NCBI GenBank assembly: GCA_030526245.1
Contig: JAUNDD010000002.1
Span: forward strand, 35,972-99,971
Direction: 5' to 3'
DNA: 64,000 bases
From: Lachnospiraceae bacterium
GTDB taxonomy: Bacteria > Bacillota > Clostridia > Lachnospirales > Lachnospiraceae
Part shown: positions 52,068 to 61,261 of the stretch, piece by piece
How the letters are laid out: each line of letters begins with the position of its first letter
Position numbering within the stretch: the first letter of the stretch is position 1
The notes under the pieces: model-generated
Told to the model about the DNA's origin: nothing
The model's database searches: none
The model's input: only the letters and a program-made list of their open reading frames with translations
Program-made: the position numbers and the translations under genes

Positions 52068-52673
52068 ATGGCAGAAGGAAAGAAATATCCGGTCATTACC
52101 ATCAGCAGACTGTATGCAGCCGGCGGACGTTCGGTGGCCAAGGGCCTGTCCGAAAAGCTGGGCATTGAATACTACGATAAGGATTTTGTCAGCCTGACGG
52201 CTAAGAGCAGCGGCTTTTCCGAGGAAGAGGTTCGCCGTGTAGGTGAGGACATGAGCAGCGGCGCCTGGTTCCTGAATTCGTTTGTCAACACGACTTCACT
52301 GTATACCAGTGCTCACGATGCGGTCTTTAAAGCCGAGCGTGACGTAGTCATCGAGCTGGCAGCCAAAGGCAACTGCATCATCGTAGGCCGCGGCGCCAAC
52401 GTGATTCTGCGGGAGGTGGGCATCCCCACCTTCGATATCTTCCTGTATGCGGACATGGAGCATCGGGTGAAGAGAGCCGCGGAGCTGGGACAGAACGGCA
52501 ATATCGTACTGGAGAAGTACATTGCCAAGGTAGATCGGTACCGCAACCTGTACCACAAGGCCTACGAGGGATCGGATATCGGCGATTACCGCAACTACAA
52601 TATCTGTCTGGATACCGGCCGCATCGGCATCGACCGCTGCGTGGATCTGCTGGCAGATATCCTGAACAGCTAA
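52068..52673 (+). CDS. cytidylate kinase-like family protein
   Basis: 201 aa. N-terminus PVITISRLYAAGGRSVAKGLSEKLGIEYYDKDF is typical of this family. Confidence 0.75.
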   Translation: MAEGKKYPVITISRLYAAGGRSVAKGLSEKLGIEYYDKDFVSLTAKSSGFSEEEVRRVGEDMSSGAWFLNSFVNTTSLYTSAHDAVFKAERDVVIELAAKGNCIIVGRGANVILREVGIPTFDIFLYADMEHRVKRAAELGQNGNIVLEKYIAKVDRYRNLYHKAYEGSDIGDYRNYNICLDTGRIGIDRCVDLLADILNS

Positions 52674-52713
52674 GCTGCAGGAACGAGAGGATCGAACGAA
52701 ACTGCATAAGCAA

Positions 52714-52750
52714 ACAGGGAGACGACAGGGTTCGTCTCCCTGTTTTTTTT
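52714..52750 (+). terminator. rho-independent terminator
   Basis: 12-bp stem ACAGGGAGACGA / TCGTCTCCCTGT followed by T8. Confidence 0.9.
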
Positions 52751-52780
52751 CAGTGGCTGGCGTGCATTGTGCTTTGGCCC

Positions 52781-52807
52781 GTTACACTTCACTGCGTGAA
52801 CTGTAAC
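52781..52807. repeat. solo palindrome of the GTTACAGTTCA element family (one mismatch)
   Basis: GTTACAcTTCAC-tgc-GTGAACTGTAAC. Confidence 0.75.
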
Positions 52808-53067
52808 CCTGGATCGTGTGGAAAACGTGAGAATAATGTGAGCTTTTCGGTCAGAGTCTTTACAAATGAAGGTTTTTCTGCGTATACTGAATATTACGCG
52901 AGTATTAAAAGTATGTTACAGGAATCAAATCCGTTTGCAGAGAGCTTTTTTTGCTCAGGTTTTATGCTGTGAATGGCAGCAAGGCTGCTTTACGGTCCCG
53001 GGGGCCGGAAGGGCAGCCGTTACGGGGAGAAGATCGTTTGCCGGGCGAACGAAGAAAGAGGGGAGAC

Positions 53068-54192
53068 TTGAGAACAGTATTTGTGAGGAGCGGACGAAAT
53101 AAAACATACAGGAAGGTCTTTTGGGGGATTCTTTTCTGTCTGATGCTGGCAGCCGGTGCCGGGATGACAGCCCGGGCGGCTTCCGAAAATATGATCCAGA
53201 CGGCCCGGCGCCATAAGGTATCCGGCGGAACCTGGGAGCAGGAGAATGGCAAAACCTATTACCGGAAAAAGCCGACGAAAAAGAAACCGAAGGGAGAGCG
53301 TCTTCGCAATACCTGGGTCAGAATCGATGGAAGCATCTACTATTTTAACCGCAGCGGAGCACTGGAGTACGGACGCTTTAAATACCAGGGACAAAGGTAT
53401 ATTTCCGATCCGGATACCGGCGAGGTATTCGCTGGTGAACTGGCCGAGCTGGAGGATGCGACCTATGCGGTGAAAAAGGACGGGACCCTGGGCTCGAAGG
53501 AATGGGTCCGGCTGGACAGCTACAGCTTTTACTGCAATGCATACGGAAGGGTGGTGACGAACCGCTGGATCGGAGATCGATATGCGGGCGTAGACGGAGC
53601 TGCCCTGAAGGGTGTGAATCGAAAGAAGATCTCGAAGAATGCGACGGTCAGCGAACAGAAAATGAAGCAGCGGCTGATCATCGTGGGAGCCTCCCGGGTC
53701 TGCGATATGCGCGATGCGACCCGGAAGACCAGAAAATTTACCTACAAGGGGAAGCAATGGAATACCGTGTTCATCTGCTGCCGAGGTGCCGGGTTTGACT
53801 GGTTTCACGATGAAGCCATCGCAAAGCTGCGGGCGTATCTGGATCTGTACCCCCGAAGCAAGGTGGTGGTCCAGATGGGAAACAATGATGTGTACCATGT
53901 GGAGGATGGCAGACTGGACGAGTATGCAGAGCTGTACCAGAAGCTGATGCGTCGATATCCGAAGGCATCCTTCTACTTTATGGATGTATTGCCCAGTGTC
54001 GATCCGGACAAGAATGAGAAGAGACAGACGTATAATGAGGTGTTGAAGACAGCTTTTCCGAAGCAGTGGATCGGAGGGTATGAGTTTCTGATGGAGCTGC
54101 CCTTCCGCCCCCGGGAGGACGGGGTACATTACCGGCCGTCCACCAGCCGTGCGATCTTTGAGTACATTCGAAAGATGGTGGGCTTGAAATGA
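53068..54192 (+). CDS. cell-wall-binding-repeat protein with a C-terminal SGNH/GDSL-type hydrolase domain (paralog 1)
   Basis: Signal anchor VFWGILFCLMLAAGAGMTARA. CW-binding-like repeats (GKTYYRKK, GSIYYFNRSGAL). SGNH blocks IIVGASRV, QMGNNDV and DGVHY. The start is uncertain: TTG 53068 follows AAAGAGG, GTG 53083 is possible, and the track ORF starts at ATG 52951. Confidence 0.75.
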   Translation: MRTVFVRSGRNKTYRKVFWGILFCLMLAAGAGMTARAASENMIQTARRHKVSGGTWEQENGKTYYRKKPTKKKPKGERLRNTWVRIDGSIYYFNRSGALEYGRFKYQGQRYISDPDTGEVFAGELAELEDATYAVKKDGTLGSKEWVRLDSYSFYCNAYGRVVTNRWIGDRYAGVDGAALKGVNRKKISKNATVSEQKMKQRLIIVGASRVCDMRDATRKTRKFTYKGKQWNTVFICCRGAGFDWFHDEAIAKLRAYLDLYPRSKVVVQMGNNDVYHVEDGRLDEYAELYQKLMRRYPKASFYFMDVLPSVDPDKNEKRQTYNEVLKTAFPKQWIGGYEFLMELPFRPREDGVHYRPSTSRAIFEYIRKMVGLK

Positions 54193-54323
54193 TTGAAACA
54201 GGCGGGACCCGGATGGTGTTTCGATCCTGATCCGTACTGTTTTGGGGCATGCCGAACCGGGAAGCCAGGAACCGGGGAAGCCATGACCGGGGATACTATG
54301 AAAAGGGGAAACCAGGGAACAAA

Positions 54324-55553
54324 ATGAAAAGTAAGATAAGACGCGGCCGGTTCGGCTGGCTGATGGTGCTGACACTGCTTTTGTGTCTGTGGATCGCTTT
54401 GCCGGGCCAGGCGGCTGTAAAGAAAACTACATCGAAGAATGTGATCCGGATGGCGAAGAGGAATCAGATCAGCGGAGGGACCTGGGAAAAGAAAAACGGT
54501 AAGATCTATTACCGGAAGGCGCCCACCAAAAAAAAGCCCAGAGGCGAGCGAATTGCCGGAGCCTGGGCCATGATCGACGATAATGTCTACTATTTCAATG
54601 CCAAAGGAGCGCTGGTCTTCGGAAAGTTTAAGTACAATGGAAAGCAGTACATGTCGGATCGGGAGACCGGTGAGGTGTACTACGGCGAGCTGGTCAAGAT
54701 AGGAAAGAAGACCTATGGCTTTCGGACGGATGGTGTTCTGGCGAAAAAGGAGTGGATCTGGGTCGACGAGGACAAATATTATTGTGATGCCAAAGGAAGA
54801 GTCCTGACCAGCTGCTGGATCGGAAAGCGGTATGTTGGGTCGAATGGAGCCATGGTGCAGGGCTTTTCCAAAAAACAGGTGACAAAGAATGCCTCCAAAG
54901 CGGAAGTGAAAAAGAAGCAGCGGCTGATCGTTGTGGGCGCTTCCCGGGTTTGTGATATGCGGGATGCGGTGGGCACGGATCGGAAGTTCCGTTACGATGG
55001 ACAGGAATGGAATACCGTGTTTATCTGTCGACGGGGAGCCGGCTTCGACTGGTTTCGGGATATAGCCTCTGCCAAGCTGCAGGCCTATCTGGACATCTAT
55101 CCCAAAAGCAAGGTGGTGATCCAGCTGGGGAATAATGATGTGAGCCATGTGGAGGATGGAAGACTGGGTGAGTATGCAGCCCTGTACCGGAAGCTGATGC
55201 GCCGGTACCCGAAAGCAACCTTCTACTTTATGGATGCCCTGCCGAGTATGCATGAGCAGGCAAATGTCCGGCGCCAGGTCTATAATCGCGCTTTGCGTGC
55301 GGCTTTCCCGAAACAGTGGATCGGCGGCTTTGATTTTCTGCTGGCTCTGCCCTTCTCGCCGACGGAGGATGGTACGCACTATCAGCCCTCCACCAGTGTC
55401 GCAATCTTTAAGTACATCCGGCAGAAGGTGGGACTGATGAAACCTTCCAGTATCATTGCGCAGCCCGAGGGACTGACTGGAAGCCAGACCGGGAAACCGC
55501 CTGTGATCGTGCCGGAGCAGACACCGGAGACAGAAGGAACACCGGAAACGTAA
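54324..55553 (+). CDS. cell-wall-binding-repeat protein with a C-terminal SGNH/GDSL-type hydrolase domain (paralog 2)
   Basis: Start MKSKIRRGRFGWLMVLTLLLCLWIALPGQA. Same domain order as the upstream gene, with long stretches of near-identity (VGASRVCDMRDA, WNTVFIC(C/R)RGAGFDWF). SGNH blocks IVVGASRV, QLGNNDV and DGTHY. Confidence 0.8.
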   Translation: MKSKIRRGRFGWLMVLTLLLCLWIALPGQAAVKKTTSKNVIRMAKRNQISGGTWEKKNGKIYYRKAPTKKKPRGERIAGAWAMIDDNVYYFNAKGALVFGKFKYNGKQYMSDRETGEVYYGELVKIGKKTYGFRTDGVLAKKEWIWVDEDKYYCDAKGRVLTSCWIGKRYVGSNGAMVQGFSKKQVTKNASKAEVKKKQRLIVVGASRVCDMRDAVGTDRKFRYDGQEWNTVFICRRGAGFDWFRDIASAKLQAYLDIYPKSKVVIQLGNNDVSHVEDGRLGEYAALYRKLMRRYPKATFYFMDALPSMHEQANVRRQVYNRALRAAFPKQWIGGFDFLLALPFSPTEDGTHYQPSTSVAIFKYIRQKVGLMKPSSIIAQPEGLTGSQTGKPPVIVPEQTPETEGTPET

Positions 55554-55604
55554 GTAACAGGCAAAGCGGCGGAAGAGGCTGCGCCTGAAATAAGGATATG
55601 ATAA

Positions 55605-55650
55605 GAAAAAGGGTGAGCACCTGCGCAAGGCAGATGTCTCACCCTTTTTG
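55605..55650. terminator. bidirectional rho-independent terminator between convergent genes
   Basis: AAAAAGGGTGAG...CTCACCCTTTTT (9-bp stem plus A/T runs). Confidence 0.8.
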
Positions 55651-55775
55651 TCTAATGAAGTCTGTGTCGTGAAGACTTTGATTCGTTGCATCACGCACTG
55701 TATGCCAGTCAGCTTCTAAGCGGAAGCATCCGGGAATACGTGAAAAAGCTGTTGGCATCCCGTCGGAACCGGTTG

Positions 55776-56300
55776 TTATGCCTCGTCCGGGGAAGTCTCC
55801 GGCCAGGCCCAGGATACGTCCTCGGTCTCCCGGTCGTTGATATACTGCTGCAGCTTGCCAAAGGCATTTTTGTAGATGACGGACAGCAGTCGGTCCAGAT
55901 GACGCAGGGCAGCCTGCGCCTGGGTATCCTCAATGAGATGGTCGCGCATGGCATCCGCCAGCTCGTCCAGATCCACTACCCGGACATAGCCGTCGGGATA
56001 GACCACCACATCGGCGAGGAGATCCGTAAACACGTAGGTGTTTTCGGCCGGATCGTAGGTGTGGGAGATCAGGTCGCAGTACCAGCTGATGAGCTGATTG
56101 TCGTGATCGTAAAACTTGCTGACCTTGTAGCCGCGCTCCAGAAAGTAGCAGGAGTAGCCGTGATGGAGTGTTTTCTTGGGCTTGAGAGTCCGCCAGCGGG
56201 TGACGATCACTTCATTGTCCCGATAAAGGATCTCGTCATCCCTGAGTTCTACACATTCATTGGGAATAATACGCTTGCGAAACATTTTGATTGCGTCCAT
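55776..56300 (-). CDS. DUF402 domain protein (FomD-like nucleoside di/triphosphatase family)
   Basis: TRWRTLKPKKTLHHGYSCYFLERGYKVSKFYD...ISWYCDLI...TDLLADVVVYPDG is typical of DUF402. The start is either ATG 56309 (abuts the RBS) or ATG 56300 (9-nt spacing). Confidence 0.75.
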   Translation of the reverse strand: MDAIKMFRKRIIPNECVELRDDEILYRDNEVIVTRWRTLKPKKTLHHGYSCYFLERGYKVSKFYDHDNQLISWYCDLISHTYDPAENTYVFTDLLADVVVYPDGYVRVVDLDELADAMRDHLIEDTQAQAALRHLDRLLSVIYKNAFGKLQQYINDRETEDVSWAWPETSPDEA

Positions 56301-56426
56301 GTCAGTCATCCTCGCCAGAATTCAGTCTGAATACAGCCGATCGAAGAGACACTTTTCCGGTCCTGAACCCGGATCGGGAAAACGAAATCGAATCGTCTGC
56401 TCCGTATTCTGTCATTATAGCATTCG

Positions 56427-56578
56427 ATGACGTTACAGTTCAAGCGGTTCGATTCCGCGAGGCGTTTGGCCTCGTATGCGGAAAAACCCTGAGGGGCAAT
56501 GACGTTACCGTTCAGGCGGTTCGATTCCGCGAGGCGTTTGGCCTCGTATGCGGAAAAATCCCGAGGGGCAATGACGGG
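56427..56578 (-). repeat. two tandem copies (periods 71 and 73 bp) of the right-half module of the GTTACAGTTCA element family
   Basis: ATGACGTTAC(A/C)GTTCA(A/G)GCGGTTCGATTCCGCGAGGCGTTTGGCCTCGTATGCGGAAAAA(C/T)CC(T/C)GAGGGGCA starts at 56427 and 56498, with a third start ATGACGGG at 56571. It aligns with the reverse complement of 12843-12905. Confidence 0.85.
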
Positions 56579-56673
56579 AATAGCTGGTTGCAGACAAAAA
56601 GAAACGATGAAGAAAACCGCATAGTAGAGTATAATAGTAACAGTTTAATCATACAGTATTCACAGGAGAAGCT

Positions 56674-57324
56674 ATGACGAAAAAAAAACTGGCGCTGGAA
56701 GTGATCGAGCGCCTGAAAAAGGAGTACCCGGACGCAGACTGTACGCTGTCCTATGACGACGCCTGGAAGCTGCTGGTGGGCGTGCGGCTGGCCGCCCAGT
56801 GCACCGATGAACGGGTAAATCAGATCACAGCCGTATTGTTTGAAAAGTATCCGTCCATTGAAGCTCTGGCCGGGGCTTCGGTGGAGGAGATCGAGGAGAT
56901 CGTACGTCCCTGCGGACTGGGAAAAAGCAAGGCACGGGATATCAGTGCCTGTATGCGTCAGCTGCTGACTGAGCATGGCGGAGAGGTGCCGGCAGATTTT
57001 GATGCCCTGCTGCGGCTGCCCGGGGTTGGGCGCAAGAGTGCCAATCTGATCATGGGGGATGTGTTCGGGAAGCCGGCCATCGTAACCGATACCCACTGTA
57101 TCCGTCTTTCCAACCGGATCGGCCTGGTGGATCACATCAAGGATCCCAAAAAGGTGGAGATGGAGCTTTGGAAGATCGTGCCGCCCGAGGAGGGAAGTGA
57201 TCTGTGTCACCGGCTGGTATGGCATGGCCGGGAGGTCTGCACGGCCCGGACCGCACCCCACTGTGAGCGGTGTGTGCTTCGTTCGATCTGTCGGAGCGTG
57301 AGTGAGCCGGAGGAGCAGAGGTAA
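56674..57324 (+). CDS. nth: endonuclease III (DNA-(apurinic or apyrimidinic site) lyase)
   Basis: 216 aa. HhH-GPD (LPGVGRKSANLIMG) and C-terminal 4Fe-4S cluster CTARTAPHCERCVLRSIC. Confidence 0.9.
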   Translation: MTKKKLALEVIERLKKEYPDADCTLSYDDAWKLLVGVRLAAQCTDERVNQITAVLFEKYPSIEALAGASVEEIEEIVRPCGLGKSKARDISACMRQLLTEHGGEVPADFDALLRLPGVGRKSANLIMGDVFGKPAIVTDTHCIRLSNRIGLVDHIKDPKKVEMELWKIVPPEEGSDLCHRLVWHGREVCTARTAPHCERCVLRSICRSVSEPEEQR

Positions 57325-57485
57325 AAGAACGGACGCAGGCGGTGTTACGAAAACAGTTCAGAAGATCTGGTGACGGATATCGGCGCAGTATTCTGAAATG
57401 TAAGCGGCGGTCTGCAAAAAACGGGAGAATGTATATAGTCAGGACCATAGACTTAGAGACAAAAGAGGAAAGGCAGGGTGAATGT

Positions 57486-59138
57486 ATGTATCAGGATGGA
57501 AAGATCTATCTGGGAAAAGCCGGTGACGAGAAGGTTTGTATTCTGCCGCAGATGGCGAACCGCCATGGCATGATCTGCGGGGCTACCGGTACGGGAAAAA
57601 CGGTGACCTTAAAGGTGCTGGCAGAATCCTTCAGCGATGCGGGGGTGCCGGTATTTCTGGCGGATGTGAAGGGGGATCTGGCAGGTATGTCCCAGGGCGG
57701 CACCGAGACGGAGGATATGGCCCGGCGGCTGGATAGCTTCGGTCTGCGGGAGGATGGCTTCGCATTCAAGGGCTATCCCACCCAGTACTGGGATATCTAC
57801 GGACAAAGCGGTCTGCCGCTTCGGACCACGGTGACGGAAATGGGTCCGCTGCTGCTGGCACAGATCCTGGGGCTGAACGATACCCAGGAGGCGGTGCTGA
57901 CCGTGATCTTCAAGATTGCGGATGATGAGGGGCTGCTGCTGATCGATACCAAGGATCTGAATTCCATGCTGATGCATGTGAGCGAAAACTCAAAGGAGTA
58001 CTCCCTGCGCTACGGCAATATCGCCAAACAGTCCGTAGGGGCGATCCAGAGGGCGCTGCTGGCGCTGGAGCAGCAGGGCGGTGAGCTGTTTATGGGTGAG
58101 CCGGCTCTGAATATTTCCGACTGGCTGACCAGAGATCCGGACGGACACGGAACCATCAACATCCTGGATTGCCAGAAGCTGATTCTGAACCCAACCATGT
58201 ATTCCACCTTTATGCTGTGGATGCTTTCGGAGCTGTTTGAGACCCTGCCGGAGGTGGGGGATGCGGCCCGGCCCAAGATGGTCTTTTTCTTTGACGAGGC
58301 CCATCTGCTCTTTGACATGGCTTCGAAGGAACTGCTGCAGAAGATCGAGCAGGTGGTGAAGCTGATCCGGTCCAAGGGAGTGGGCATCTATTTCATCACC
58401 CAGAATCCGTCGGATATCCCCGGCGGCGTGCTGGCCCAGCTTGGCAACAAGGTGCAGCATGCGCTCCATGCCTATACCCCGGCGGAGCAGCGCGGCGTGA
58501 AGGCGGCGGCGGATTCCTTCCGGCCCAATCCGGCCTTTGATACCCGAGAAGCCATTGAAAGCCTGGGAATCGGGGAAGCCCTGGTGTCGGTGCTGGATGA
58601 GCAGGGAGTGCCCGGCATGGTGCAGCGGACAAAGATCCTGCCGCCCCAGAGTCAGATGGGAGCCATTGAAGATGAACGGCGCGCCGGTCTGATTCGTGAG
58701 AGCCTGTTGTATACCCGCTATGCGGAGATGGTCGACCGGGATTCTGCTTACGAGTTCCTGGAGCGGATGCGTCTGACCCAGGAGGAGAACGAGCGGAAGG
58801 CGGAGGAAGAAAAGATCCGTCAGAAGGAAGAGGCGCTGGCCGAGAAGGAACGGATGAAAGAGGAAGCAGCGGCAGCCAAAGAGCAGATGCGCCTGGAGCG
58901 CGAGGCAGAGCGCCAGCGTCTGAAGGAAGAGGTGGCGCAGCAGCGGGCTAAGGATGCGGCGGACCGCCGGAAGAAGTCCGAGATCAACAAGGTGGTGAGC
59001 TCGGCGACGGGTACCATCGGCCGCGAGCTGGGAAAATCCGTGGGCGGCGCAGTAGGCGGCCGATTTGGCAAGACCCTGGGCGGTAACGTGGGTGCCTCCC
59101 TGGGACGGGGCATGTTCAAGACCCTGTTCAAGCTGTAG
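57486..59138 (+). CDS. DUF853 family HerA-like ATPase (YjgR type) with a charged coiled-coil and Gly-rich C-terminal tail
   Basis: MANRHGMICGATGTGKTVTLKVLAE (Walker A) and VFFFDEAHLLF (Walker B). The C-terminal 110 aa are E/K/R/A-rich, ending in GGAVGGRFGKTLGGNVGASLGRGMFKTLFKL. Confidence 0.8.
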   Translation: MYQDGKIYLGKAGDEKVCILPQMANRHGMICGATGTGKTVTLKVLAESFSDAGVPVFLADVKGDLAGMSQGGTETEDMARRLDSFGLREDGFAFKGYPTQYWDIYGQSGLPLRTTVTEMGPLLLAQILGLNDTQEAVLTVIFKIADDEGLLLIDTKDLNSMLMHVSENSKEYSLRYGNIAKQSVGAIQRALLALEQQGGELFMGEPALNISDWLTRDPDGHGTINILDCQKLILNPTMYSTFMLWMLSELFETLPEVGDAARPKMVFFFDEAHLLFDMASKELLQKIEQVVKLIRSKGVGIYFITQNPSDIPGGVLAQLGNKVQHALHAYTPAEQRGVKAAADSFRPNPAFDTREAIESLGIGEALVSVLDEQGVPGMVQRTKILPPQSQMGAIEDERRAGLIRESLLYTRYAEMVDRDSAYEFLERMRLTQEENERKAEEEKIRQKEEALAEKERMKEEAAAAKEQMRLEREAERQRLKEEVAQQRAKDAADRRKKSEINKVVSSATGTIGRELGKSVGGAVGGRFGKTLGGNVGASLGRGMFKTLFKL

Positions 59139-59284
59139 AAAGAGAATGGATCAGCAGGCCGGTATGCGGTCGTATGCCGGTCGAAGCGTTTCAAAAAAAG
59201 AGTTTTAAAGACCGGATCAGGCTCGTTTCCCCTGGTTATTCCAGAGGTAAGCGGGCTTGATCCGATGATGAATGAAGGAATCAA

Positions 59285-61261
59285 ATGAAGCAGTTTTTTA
59301 AGTATCTCGATGGATTGAAGAAGGAATGTGTGATGGCACCGCTTTTCAAGATGCTGGAGGCCTTTTTCGATCTGCTGGTGCCGCTGGTGGTGGCGGCGAT
59401 CATCAATCACGGAATTGCCGGAAAGAGCTATCCGGCGATCTGGAAAAACATCCTGCTGCTGGTGGCCCTGGCTCTGATCGGGCTGACCTGCAGCGTGACA
59501 GCTCAGTATTTTGCGGCCAACGCCAGTGTGCGGTTTGCTGCCCGGGTGCGGCAGGCGGCCTTTGATCATGTGCTGGGACTCTCCTACAGTCAGCTGGATG
59601 AGCTGGGAACAGGCAGTCTGATCACCAGGCTGACGGCGGACATCAATCAGATGCAGACGGGTGTCAACATGACCCTGCGCCTGCTGCTGCGCAGTCCCTT
59701 TATCGTATTTGGATCCATGATCATGGCCTTTACCATCAATGTCCGGTGCGCGCTGGTGTTTGCGGCCGCCATTCCGGTGCTGGCGGTGGTGGTGTACGGA
59801 ATCATGCTGGTGAGCATTCCGCTGTACAAAAAGGTGCAAAGTGCGCTGGATGCCGTGACGGTACGGACCCGTGAAAACCTCACCGGTGTCCGGGTGATCC
59901 GGGCCTTTGGCCAGGAGCGGGAGGAAGTAAAGGAATTCGACCGCTTAAACGGCGAGCTGACCCGGACCAATGAATTTGTGGGCCGGATCGCTGCCCTGAT
60001 GAATCCGCTGACCTATGCTCTGATCAACATTGCCACCATCGTTCTGATCCGGATCGGCGCGGTGCAGGTCAATCTGGGAACGCTGCAGCAGGGTGATGTG
60101 GTGGCCTTATACAATTACATGGCCCAGGTGATCGTGGAGCTGATCAAGCTGGCGTCCCTGATCGTAACCATCAACAAGGCCCTGGCCTGCAGTGCCCGGG
60201 TAGGCATGGTGATGGCCATGGAGCCTGAGATGGAGGACGTGCAGACATCTGGTTCGGATGTGGCCGATCCGGCAGCAGCAGAGAAAGGGACTCCGGCGAA
60301 GGGAATGGCCGGCGGAAATGACCGGCTGCGTGAGAACGGCCTGGACAAGGCGGGAAGCATCGGCCCGGGACGGATCCGGTTTGAACAGGTGTCCTTTACC
60401 TACCGCGGGGCAGGCGATGAGACCTTAACGGACATCAGCTTTGAGGCAAAGCCCGGAGAGGTCATCGGTATCATCGGCGGCACCGGCAGCGGCAAATCCA
60501 CTCTGGTGCAGCTGATTCCGCGTTTCTACGATGTCACAGCGGGACGTGTGCTGGTGGACGGCGTGGACGTGCGGCAGATTCCCAGGGAAACCCTGTTAGC
60601 GCGTGTGGGCATCGTACCCCAGAAGGCGGTTTTGTTTGCCGGCAGTATCCGGGACAATCTGCGTTGGGGAAATGAGCAGGCCACGGATGCGGAGCTGATG
60701 GCCGCGGTGGAAGCGGCCCAGGCCGGTGAGGTGGTGGCCGGAAAGGAAGGCGGACTGGATCATATCCTGGAGGCCGGCGGCCGGAACCTGTCCGGCGGCC
60801 AGCGGCAGCGTCTTACCATTGCCCGGACGCTGGTGAAAAAGCCGGGAATCCTGATCCTGGACGACAGCGCCAGTGCGCTGGACTTTGCCACGGATGCGGC
60901 CCTGCGCCGGGCGATCCGCGGTATGGCCGGCACCACCACGACCCTGATCGTTTCCCAGCGCTGTTCCAGTATCCAGAGCGCCGACCGCATTCTGGTGCTG
61001 CAGGACGGACAGCTGGTGGGCAGCGGCCGGCATGAGCAGCTGCTGGAAAGCTGCGAGGAATATCAGGAGATCTACTACTCCCAGTATCCGGAGAAAAGGC
61101 ATTCATCCGAGGGGGGAGAACGGCCGGCACCGCAGGGCGGCGTGTCAGCGGTCTCGGATCATAAACAGGAGGCTTTCGGTGACGTGCCGGATCGAGCCAT
61201 GACAAACAAAGGTAATCGAGCCATGACAAACAAAGGTAAAGGAGGTGCGGCCGGATGCTGA
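59285..61261 (+). CDS. ABC transporter ATP-binding/permease protein (type I exporter half-transporter, subunit A)
   Basis: 658 aa. Six-TM domain, Walker A GGTGSGKST, signature LSGGQRQR and Walker B ILILDD. It also has a ~50-aa insert between the TMD and NBD and a ~65-aa C-terminal extension. Confidence 0.85.
   Translation: MKQFFKYLDGLKKECVMAPLFKMLEAFFDLLVPLVVAAIINHGIAGKSYPAIWKNILLLVALALIGLTCSVTAQYFAANASVRFAARVRQAAFDHVLGLSYSQLDELGTGSLITRLTADINQMQTGVNMTLRLLLRSPFIVFGSMIMAFTINVRCALVFAAAIPVLAVVVYGIMLVSIPLYKKVQSALDAVTVRTRENLTGVRVIRAFGQEREEVKEFDRLNGELTRTNEFVGRIAALMNPLTYALINIATIVLIRIGAVQVNLGTLQQGDVVALYNYMAQVIVELIKLASLIVTINKALACSARVGMVMAMEPEMEDVQTSGSDVADPAAAEKGTPAKGMAGGNDRLRENGLDKAGSIGPGRIRFEQVSFTYRGAGDETLTDISFEAKPGEVIGIIGGTGSGKSTLVQLIPRFYDVTAGRVLVDGVDVRQIPRETLLARVGIVPQKAVLFAGSIRDNLRWGNEQATDAELMAAVEAAQAGEVVAGKEGGLDHILEAGGRNLSGGQRQRLTIARTLVKKPGILILDDSASALDFATDAALRRAIRGMAGTTTTLIVSQRCSSIQSADRILVLQDGQLVGSGRHEQLLESCEEYQEIYYSQYPEKRHSSEGGERPAPQGGVSAVSDHKQEAFGDVPDRAMTNKGNRAMTNKGKGGAAGC
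61191..61238 (+). repeat. perfect 24-bp tandem duplication inside the 3' extension of the ABC gene
   Basis: ATCGAGCCATGACAAACAAAGGTA occurs twice (61191-61214 and 61215-61238). It is in frame, giving RAMTNKG twice, and lies directly upstream of the RBS of the next gene. Confidence 0.9.
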
